Below are positions 13,027 to 25,000 of a stretch of DNA of 64,000 nucleotides, one piece after another; the stretch's first letter is position 1, and each line of letters begins with the position of its first letter. The DNA comes from Nemertoderma westbladi (lineage: Eukaryota; Animalia; Xenacoelomorpha): the NCBI GenBank assembly GCA_032718475.1, contig JAUCBJ010009135.1, positions 62,001 to 126,000 of the forward strand. Reading direction: 5' to 3'. Below the pieces are notes generated by a model. The model searched no databases. It saw only the letters and a program-made list of their open reading frames with translations, and was not told the DNA's origin. Both the position numbers and the translations under genes were made by a program.

Positions 13027-16000
13027 CTAGACCATTGAAGTCCTTCTCTCTTTTATAGGAAGATTACTCACTATCACAAGCTCATCTGTTCGAATTATTG
13101 ATTTATCCCTTGCTTTTGCTTCGAGTTTTGCTACAAACTTCGAGGGAGCTTTGGTTACAATAATAGAGTCTGACGATGCCGTTTTGGATAAGCCCATTCT
13201 ATTCCATTTTAACTCTCTTTCTCGGATATTTGTTGGTTTGCCGTTTTCATCAAAGAATGAAACTTTAACATTATTCGGTTTATCTTCGTAGGTTGCAGAT
13301 AGCGATAGTTCTGTTGGTGATTTCCAAGAGTATTCAATGGTAACTGCCTTATTGCGAGTTGTCATTTCCTTTTCTATACAATTCATACTTATTTTGTCAT
13401 CGGATACTGTGTAACATCTCAAATAGTATGTGGTTGATGGCTTCAGATTATCAATAGAGTATTTATCTTTGATTTCCCACCCCCTTGACCTTTCTTTTAT
13501 ATAATCAAGATATCGGTAAGAATAAGTTAGCAAATCCATATGATATCCTGAGAAAGTCGTTTTAGGTCCTTCTACCCAAACTTCAACCGAGGTTACTCCA
13601 GCTTCAAAGCGTAAAGACACAGGAGGTTCAGGTATCATAGTTACTTGACGGTCACATGATTGCCTGTTTTTGATCCTGAAATAATCATCATTAATTGTTA
13701 GAAGCGGTAATGATATGGCTGATATAATATATCCTGTGCCTGGAATGTTGTCAGTTAGAGTGTGCACACATTCTGATTGCTGTAAAACTTTGGTAATTGA
13801 ATCACCTGTAACTGTGTTCTTTACAATCAATTCAAATTCGTTTGAATTATTGGCTGGTTCCCATGATAATCCAATATCTCTTGAATTCTCTACTTCACAT
13901 TCAAGGTTTCTTGGTGGACCAGGAGAACGAACAACATTAATAAATGTTGGGGGATCACTATCAGTTTCAAGAACACCTTTCAAGGTGGAAGACATTACGG
14001 ATTTTACATAGAAACGCATAATTATCACAGAAAAATCAATCGAAATCTCTATGGATGTTTCTGTTGTATTCATTGTAAAATTAACATTATCAAATGGGGG
14101 TTCTGATTGAGCAATTTTATAATAATTAACTTCACAGTTTGGTTTATCCCAATTTAGAAGTAATTTACCACGAGGCAGCTCCTGGATAGCTAAACCAGAT
14201 GGGTTTAATGGTTTAGCAATAAATTGATGGATTATATTCTTACTGAATTTATCAACAACTTTGTTGTATGCGCGTATATTTATAGAGTATGTATGTGATG
14301 GTTGAGTTACAAGTGAGATATGATCACTTTCAATATCAGTAATATTTTCTACTATGGAATTGTTCGTGAGGCAATTGATTTCAGCTGTATGGATTATAGA
14401 TAATGATACTTGAGATTCGCACTTCTTTCTGGGTTGTTTCCATGAAATTACTGCCATTTGATTATCATCATTATTGTAGAATTCATCTACAACAAAATCG
14501 TATGGACTTTGTACTTCTCGCACAATTATTTGCCCCTCTGTATAGGCAATTTCATCTCCATTACTATTCCCAAATCTAACCTCATATACAGTTTCATAGT
14601 CATCGAAGTAACTTTCAAGATTTCTGGTTTCACATCCATTAGTTGCAATAGGTACAGGGCTTATAGTTTTCCATTCCAACTCCCCCTGAGAACGGTACTG
14701 TAATATGTATTCAACAACTGCCCATGTCGATTTTTTCCATTTTGCAAACACTTTTCCATCTACTTCTATAATTTCAAAATTATCAGGTTGACCGGGCTTT
14801 GTAATAAATTCAAGTGTTACCGCTCTGCCTTTTACATCATTTTCACCGACAGGAACTAATTTAGCTGTATATTTAGTACCTGGTTGAAGGTTTGTTAATG
14901 AATATGACTTACAAGGGAATATGATATATTCGTTGGTTCTCTCGTCAATGATTTCTATATTTACACCTTTGTAATACCCAGTATTATATTCCCATTGAAT
15001 GACACAAGATTCCTTGGTAAGGTCACAGACATAAACATTATCTACAGGAGCAGGCGGAAGGGTAAGCATCTTATTAACATGCTGCCCTTCTTTCATATTA
15101 TCTTCTGCATGCCTAGCCAAGCACGAAACACCAACCTTATAACAGTAACCAGGTTCAATTTGTGATAAATTTATTCTGCATTTATTTTCTGTATCTTCCA
15201 GTTGAAGAGTTTGTGACAGTGGTTCTTCATGAAGCTTACTAACATAGACATTAAAGTGGGAATAATATGAATTCCGATCATTTGGCTTCCGCCATTCTAA
15301 CTCAATTACTTTTGATGCAATAAATCTGAGTTGTAGCTCTTTAGGGATTGGTGGTTCTTCGATAAACTCAAAGTCACAATAATTTTTCTTTACATATGTT
15401 TTTCCAGTTATGCTATTAGTTCTATATACCGTCTCAACTCGATATATTGATAGAATTCCACGTGCGGCGTCATTGTAAGTAAATGTTGTTGTATCACTGG
15501 ATAACCTTGAAGCTGTAGAAATTATTTGTAAATTTTTACCCTTAGATCCATGATAGATATTATAGTACGATATTTGACAATATGGAGTTATCCACTTTAA
15601 ATTTGTTTTTAATCTTTCATTAGTTGAACTAAATTTTAAATCTTTTACAGGCAGTGGTGAAGACAAGGCTATATGTTCTAAACCTTGACTGATTGCCCCT
15701 GATGAACTCACAGAAAACACTACCAGCTTGTATAATGTTGATGGTATAACATTTAATTCATATGTTGGATCTGATGTAATTATGTTTTCTGATATTTTCT
15801 GATATTCTTTCCCATTTATATGTAATCTGAAAACATTGATGCTGTAATGATCACATAATCCCTTAGTTGGTTTCTCCCAGGTAAATGTTATACTTTTATT
15901 TTCAGGTTGTGACGAAATATTAGTCATCTCAGATATATTACAAGGTGGATCAGGGTTGCAATCAACATGCATGATATCCGAATATTCTATATTACCATAT

Positions 16001-19000
16001 TGAGACTGTGCTCCTACACTTATATCATAAGAGCTACCAGGTGTCAAATTCTTATACAATTCTAAATTATGGATTCTTGTTGGAGAAATTTCTCTTTTAT
16101 TTTCTGTACCATCTTCTGATATATATTTAAATATGTAGTTTTTAACTTTCCATTTTTGTTGTTTCAACTTGAGAATATTCTTTTCAATTCTTATTATTGG
16201 AGCAGATGCATTGGTATTAAATTCAACATTATTACTTTTGTCACTTTCTTTGTTATATTCTCCAACTGTCGTCATGTATAATATATACTGAGTTCCTGGA
16301 GATAAATCTTCTATTATAAAATATTTAGAGTTCACATTATCAATATTTATATTAATTAATTTAATATTTTGTGATTCTTTTTCTTTAAAATATATATAAA
16401 CTCCAAGAACCATTGAATCGCTATACTCCCACGATATTCTACATGATGTTGCTGAGATATTATCAACAATGATGTTTAAAGGACATATTGATTTCACATA
16501 GAAGGTTCCAACATCTGAATGTTCACTTTCAACTTGGTCGATTCCTTTGTATTTTACAATGCTTGTAACATACCACTTGTATATTAGTCCTGGTCTTAGA
16601 TCACTTAAGAGATGCTGTCTTGAAAGCCATCGTTTTTCTGCCCAAATCACAACCAAAGGAAATAATTCTGATGAATTTCCTTGTTGGAAGTAAACAGCTT
16701 GATGAGTAAACTTACCCTTTGGAAAATACCAGTTTAAACTAAAACTATTTGATTTACTAATTGCCATGTTTTTATCAACTGTTGGTGCACAAGGTCTAGT
16801 TGCAAAATCTCCCAGATTATGGATAGTCGACTTTTTGTTTTCTTGTTTATATTCATAGATTGCTAATATTGAAATTGTGTAAACTGTTCCAGGAACTAAA
16901 TCTGTAATATGATAGTTCTTTAACTTACTATCAATATAATATTCTAAACTTTCTTCTTCTCTATTGCCAGTTCTTTTAGTTTTATCATATTTTTCATAGA
17001 TTGAAATTTGGTATCTGGTTACTTTACATGGGGCATCACCAATTATCACATACACTGCTGTAGTTGTTGTATCAGCAACTGAAACCCAATCAGGACATGT
17101 TGGTGATGTAAGTAGCCTTATTTCTTGTGGAATACTGCTGATGTCAAATTCGTCAATGTAGGATGCTACATTAATACAATAACATGTTGATGGTTTACTG
17201 GGAAATACATATTTACATTCACTAATAACTTTATCTAGGGCAATGTCTTGTAAACCATCTATTAATACTTCATAAAATTTTATTATGAAAGATATAATTT
17301 TAGGGTTTGAAGCCCAAGATACAGAAATATTATTGCAATCTTCATATATTTTGATGTCAGATGGAGGTGGTGGTGGGTACTTGAACTCCACTGGTGAAGA
17401 GCAGGCTACAATTCTTTTCTGCAGAGCCTCACAACATACTCTTATGTAGTAAATTTTTCCCATCTCTAAAAATTGCTCTAAGCCACTTGCTGTATTATTT
17501 TTATACAATAAAATATTGTCTGGGACCATTTGCCAAAATGTTTCTTTCTCAATTTCTTCTATAAATGGTTCTGTTTTTTCTAGTTTTATATATTTATCAT
17601 AGTTTATATATTCAATATAGAGTTTATTTGGCTCCCAATCCATTTGATTCCACATGACACATACTTCTCCATTATGGAAACTGCCTATTGAAACTAAAGT
17701 TGGTGGTTCTGGCATCATGATGACTGGAATTTTCATGGGATCACTATGTTTTGAAGAGGCTCCTTTTGTTCGTATTGCGACATCATATTGCATGCCTGGA
17801 ATTAAATTGTCAACTTTATATTCACATAAATCTTTTTCAACAGGGATAATTCGATTAAACTCTTTCTGTACAAATCGATTTTCTGTAATTTGTATTTCGA
17901 ATCCGGAATTGTTTCCTGTGGGTAACAGCCATTGTAATACAAAAGATCGTGATTCAATCACCGATGGCAATGGAGACGTAGGATAATTTGGTTTTGTTTC
18001 TAAGACATATGGAGGTGAAGGATTGCTTACAAACTTCTCAATATCATGGCATTTTACTCCATAAATAGTTATGTTATATAAATATCCTGCTTCTAATTCT
18101 TTTAGTTCATGAGAATATATATTTTCACACAACTCATACTTCATGGTTTTATTTTTTTCAGTATTCATTATACTTACAATCTGATGGTCTAGAATTGAAC
18201 TATCCGGAATGTTCCATGATAGAATGTGATAAGGGTCTTCATCTGTAATTGTTATGTTAGTAGGAGGTAATGGACATGTAGATATGGAAATGCTTGATGA
18301 TGCTTTACCTTGGTAATAATTGCCCTGAGTATCAAACATATCTAATATACTATAAATAGTATATGTGTATGTCATTCCTGGTTTTAGATTGGTAACATTT
18401 TCTGTATTTTCTAAGAAATAGTCTGAGTTGATTACATTATCATCTTTTATGCACTGTGATCTGTATTTTATCGTATTTAAAGGGGAAGTATTCCAACGAA
18501 TTACTACAGATTCATGCGTATTACTCTCCTGGGTTACATGTTGAGGTCTCATAGGATTTGACATAAAGCGCAGTCTTGTTGGAATGCTTTCTATGTTCAA
18601 ATTTGTATTAATTGTTGAAATCGAAACAATATATATTGTAGATTCTTTAGGTTCAAATATATAACTATTTGCATCTATATTTTCCTGATACACTACTTTC
18701 GACTCAGAGATTTCCATTAATGATATTATAAATGAGTCAAAAGCTCCTAAATGAGGTATTGACCAACAAATGTTACAGAGCTGTTTTAAATTATTTGAAT
18801 AGTGATAAACATAAATATGTGGAGGGGCTAGTGGAATGTGGATAAATTCAACTGGTTCTGAATAAGCTAATTGATATGGCTGAACACTACCTTGAGCAAC
18901 TAGCCGTATATTGCCAAATATTCCAGGCAGCAGTAAGTGGTTTACTATGACTTTGCATGCTCTAAAATCAATATTATCCAACAATGTTTCCCATGTTCCT

Positions 19001-22000
19001 TCACATACTTGTGATGAAGGTGAAAATCTCAACTCAATTATGTATGATTTCACATTCCAATCTGGTTTGGTCCATTCAACAGCAACATGATTTTCATTAT
19101 TATTTATCCATACATTTTCTATTGGTTCTGGAAATGTGCAAAAATAAACAGGTTGTGTATTATCACTTTGTATACCGTGTTCAACAAATGAGGACAATGT
19201 TGCAGAATACTCTTGTCCAGGTTTAAGTATATTAGGGACTTCCAAATATGTTTGACCAGAGCAACTTTCTACCATATAAATGATTTTATCAATATGCATA
19301 ATTGTAATCCTATTGAGGATATGCCTTCCTCTGGGCAATGTCCATGAAATGCTACATGAGCGCGGGTTTATATTTGTAATTGTAACATCAGTAGGATATA
19401 ATGGTATAGTTGTGAATGAAACTGGCTCTGAAGGAACACTGGAACTATTACCAATATCATCATATTCAATCTCACAAACCACAGATGCAGTATATTTAAA
19501 CCCAGGAGATAGCTGGAAAATATTATATTCTGTGGCATTGGATGGCACATCAATCAATATGTGGTGTTCTGGAAATTTAACATTTACTTTTTCAAGTTTT
19601 ACCTTCTGAAAAGTACATTTCTGCTGTTGGTCCCACTTTAAAGTGTAGCAGTGGGGTGTAATTAATACCTTAAGGTTACTAGGTGACTTTGGTCGTGTTA
19701 TGCATATGATTTGAATCGAATTTTCAGATGTCAAATTGTAATGATAATTTAATTTTTCGCAGAACGCTTTTGTGATGCAAACAGCTTTAATCCGGATTAT
19801 ATAAGGTATTCCGGATTCTAGGTTTGGAATTAGCTGATTGGTTGTAACATTCGATAAATTTCCTTCTAAAGTTTCCCATTTTAATTCATTTTCTGCAAAA
19901 TGTTTCAGTTTTGCATATTGTATAACTGTATCACTTACATATGAGCTTGGGTTTCTCCAATAAATTTCAAGCGAAGAAGATGATGTTCCTGATGTGGTAG
20001 CTTCTTGAACATGGGATGGTTCTGAAAGGGCATATATATAAGTACTTTCACTTTTTAGCTTAATATTGCTACTATGCCATGTATAGGTGGAAATTTCTAA
20101 CTTATATATTTGTGAGGGTTTACAATAAATATTATAGACATTTTTCAAGTACTCGTGTCTACTTTCTATTTCTGTAAATTCATCAGGCTTGTTTGGGTTT
20201 GCAGTAAACAATTTCAATTCATAACCATCAATATATCCTTTTGTTTGGGGAGTCCATGCAAATTTAAAACAATGACAATTATTCATCTTTGTTGCTTCTT
20301 TATCACTATATTTTTGTACGGCTATATCAATTACAGGGCACGGGTTATAAATTAGTTTGTAAAAACTGCTCGGTGCTTCAATGCCATTGATGGATTTTGT
20401 GATAAACTGCATGAAATATATATCACCAGGATGGAGTTTTTCTAAAGAGAATGAGGCTTCATTATTGGTTTCATATACATTTATATCTATATCTGTCGCA
20501 GCACTCTCTGTAAATTCATTAACCCAAGGCGCATACTTTGCGATATATTCTTTTACATCCCAATCTAGTATTTTCCAACTAATTGTTCCAATATTTTTAT
20601 CATAATCAATTCCAAAGTGTATATTACTAGCTGGTTCTGGTAGTGTAATGAAATTTTCTCTTTCACTTTCATCACTCACTAAATCTGACATTCCTATTGT
20701 TTGAATATATGTGATATACATTGTTCCTGGTTTCAAAATTGAATCATCCATATTAAACATATTGGAGTAAGTCTCTTCATTACAAAGTATGGAATTGTTA
20801 CAGAGTATCGTCACTAAAAACTTTTTACTATGCCCATCTGGTTTGTCCCATGAGATTAAACCAGATCGAGGAGAGGGAGTATGAATTGTGGGTTTGTCAG
20901 GTGGAACTGGTTGAACTGTAAGTGTATACCATGTTTTATCACTTATAGCATTTCCATATTCATAATAATCTGCAACACAACTAATATTGATATTGTAGTC
21001 ATTGCCTGGTTCCAGATTAGTTAGCACAAAGGCAGAATCTTCTTTTGGTATTTTAATATCAGGCAGCCAAATACCACTATCTATTTTACTATAACAAAGA
21101 AGCTGAAAATCATGTTTTGATTGTGTTGGTATAGTCCATTTTATGGTATATTCATACCTGTTTGAATTATTACCACTTATATTGAACAGAGGGAGAGGTT
21201 TAGTTACAGCAAAAGCATTTGTGCTAGAATCTAGTATGGCTTCTGTGGTAATGTAACAAGATGTAATATTTATTTTATACAAACATCCAGGAGATAAGCG
21301 TTCAAAGAGATGAGAAGTGATAACTTCATCGATGGTTGACTCTTGTACATTTTCTCCATTAACTTCATCAATATTAATTTTAAAGTAACTTATTGGACAT
21401 AATGGTCTCTGCCACTTGACTTCCATAGAATTTGTTGATATGTTTTCAAATACGATATCAGTTGGTGGAAGAGGCTTTGATGTAACTGATATTTTAACTG
21501 GATTTATACAAAACAAGTTCACCAAACTGTTACAAGATAAAATATTCATAAAATATGTAGTAGATGGTAGACATGCAAATTTGTGATTTGTTTCTCCTAT
21601 TACAATTCTATCTAATTCAGTGGCAATTGTTTCATCATCAGATAATTTTGATAATTCAATACAGAAATTCATATTATCATATATTCCTTTACTAGGTCTA
21701 TCCCAAGTAAGATTTATTTCGCGAATTAAATTGGCATCTACCTCTACTGCATTACAATTTCTCACAGGCAATGGAGGATATTTTAGTTCTCTGATTGTTG
21801 AAAAGGCAATATCTCCATTTGTTGCAAACGCGCCTAATCGGATAAGGTATATGTCTCCAGGTACCAGTTCATCAATACTGAAAATATATGTGACATCATT
21901 TATCATATTTGTTGATGATAATTGCATGTCACCCCATATAGGACCACATTCCAATTCTGACAAACTTTCATATTTATATTTTCTTAATATTTGACTATCA

Positions 22001-25000
22001 AAGGTAATGTTGTTAATAGTGCCATTTGATTTTGTCATGTAAGATATGATATATTTGTCTACTTCCCAATCCACAGATTCAACTTCAATTTTAATTCGGC
22101 CATCATCATTTATTAATATTGAAAATTCCTCAATTGGTTCTGGTGGTGTAAATATTTCCAATTTATCACTATAATCACTCATCAATGATTTAAATACTGA
22201 CCTTACCATCACTTCATACCTTGTACCAGGAAGAACTTTCACCAGCATATTACTATCAAGAGCTTCCAATTCTCTGATATCATTTTCTGATGTCATTTGT
22301 ACTTTATACTTATCACATTTTCCCTCTGGGATCGTCCAATTAAGTTGAACCTCTCTTGGATCATTTGTAGAGATTTCTGGAATCATTGGAATTGCTGGTG
22401 TTGTGTCGAACTTGAAGAAAATTGATTTATCACTGACTTGTTCACCAAAGTCATACTTTGCATCATATGTATGGGAAACCTCATAGGAAATTCCTGGAGT
22501 CAAGTCTGTGACTTTCTTTTCATTTATACATGCAGATTCAATTGTAATTTCTCTTTCTGAATTGTCAGCAATGTCACTTTTAATAATATATAATTTTTGT
22601 CCAGTAACATAACTATTCTCCAAGGGTATGTTTCTCCATTGAATTTTATAAGTTTTATATTCTTCATTAAACCCATAAATTTCTTCAAGTTTCATTGGTT
22701 GTGCTATAAATTCTTTATTAGATTCATCAAATTTCGGAATAGCTTCTTCATTTCTCTGATAAACTGTTCTTATCCTAATGGAATAAGCAAATCCTGGCCT
22801 CAGGTTATCTATTATGTATGAAAGATCATTGTATCGCGGTTCCTTTACTATCCATTCTTCCATGTTACAATGTGAGTGATATCTACAATAAGCAATTTCA
22901 TAATAGCTCACATTACATAATGGTTTTTTCCAAGAAATGCCCATTGTATTCATTGATATATTGTCAATCTCAATACCCAATGCTTTTGCTGGGCTAGTCG
23001 TAAATTCATCTTCAATGGGCTCACTTTCTAAATTAAAATCATCATTGCAGCTAAATAATTTAATTTTGTATATGGTTGATGGTTCAGGTACAAATGTATA
23101 TTTTGTATTAAATAATTTCCTGACCCTGTTATCTTGCCAGATATTATCATTGTTAATATCAATCATTATTCTCAATCTATAACTTTTACATATACCTTGT
23201 TCAGGCTTTTCCCACGTAACTGCCACCTGCTTGCCATCTGTGGCATTTGTGTCACAGCTAACACCAAGGGAAGACATTATAGTCTTTGTTTCTTCTGTTA
23301 TCGTTAAGATCCGTGGTGGCAGAGGAGGATACTCATATAATATGTTATCGCTTAATGCAGATAAGCCGGATCCTGATTTTACTTGAAGCATTAATTTATA
23401 TATGTTCCCAGGCACCAGAAGCTCATTAATATTTTGTATACTTTTGTTATCATGCGAAAACTTTGCTGACTCCAAAGTTTGCCAAGATATTTCATCCCTG
23501 CCATCTACCACAGAATCATCCGCATTCACATCCATTTCAAATATAGATTCCTGTTTATGGAATTTCAGTTTATATTTGTTTGGACTCCAGTCTAAGTCAT
23601 CCCAGACTAGATCTTTATTGGGTAAAACCTTAAGACCTTTTGGTGCCTCAGGGTTTGTGGTAAATTTGCAATGGGTTACATTTTGACTACATTTATCAGC
23701 TGGTCCAATAGTTTGCACTGACACAATGTATTCAGTTCCAGGTAGAAGATTGGTTAAATATGATTCAAAGTTACATTCACAAACCTCATAATCTATTTTT
23801 CTAGCAATATTTGGTGGGTCAATATTTTTCATGAGTGTTACATTAAAACTTGTATAATTACCCTGCAACTCAGACCAACTCCACAAAGCTGTTGCTGATC
23901 TTGCTCTAATTGACTCTGATGGAATTTCTATACAGCGTGGGGCCTCTGGAAAAACAGAGAACTGGTGGACATCCGATTTGTCACTGTAAACTTCCGGCAG
24001 ACCATCATGTGCAGCTACACGTTTACACCAAACCTTATACTCATATCCAGGTTCCACATCAAGAGTTACAATATTTTCATTACTGGGAATTGATACTGGA
24101 ACTCTGTGTTCCAATTCATCAATTCTTTGCAAATAACAAAGTTGTTTAGAGCAGAAATAATTAGACTCTGACCAAGAAATTGTGTGTTTTGAAGTCGAGC
24201 AATTATCACCATATGAATTCAATTCCTCTGGTTTTTCTGGGAAAGTTGAAAATACCAACATTTCCGAATTTTCACTGTTATATATTTTTTTGTTATAATC
24301 TTTGTTCACAATTTTGGCATATACAAATGCTTCATATTGATAACCAGGCAACAGCTTGGTTAGTAAATATGAATTATTGCCAAGACAGTCTTCTATATTA
24401 TATTTCTTATTATTTATTTTCTCAGTGTATGTGACAATGTAGTGAACTTCTTCACCTGACTCTGAGTTTTCCCAAACAAGTTCAACATTTTCTGAAGTTA
24501 ATGAGCCTTCAACAATATTCAATTTTACTGGCCTTTGGGGACAAGTAAAACAGTTAATTTCCTCAATTGAGCTTTTCACATATTCATTAACAATATCCAT
24601 TTCTCTGTTCACTTCATTCTCAATTATAGTTTCTGTCCAGATTCTTATTACATATTTTGTACCTGGCTTTAATTGTTTAAATTGGTGACTACTTGTTGTA
24701 CTATCCAAAAATTCATCTGGTTGTTTGTCAAATTTCACAGATTTCTGATGGTTTTTAACTTGAGCAGCGCCATTCTCAGTTTTCTCCCCAATTCGCAGAC
24801 CAAACCGAGAAATAAAAGTATCTTCAGGAATATCCCAAGTAATAGAAATATCATTAGCAGCTGCACTAAATGTTGGTTCCCTTACAGGTTCTGGTAACAC
24901 TGTATAGTGTAGGGATATAGGGATACTAGAAACAGAATCTCTAATATCAATGTAAGCCTGAGCCTCCAGTGTAAATGTGTATGAGTATCCTCTCTGTAAA

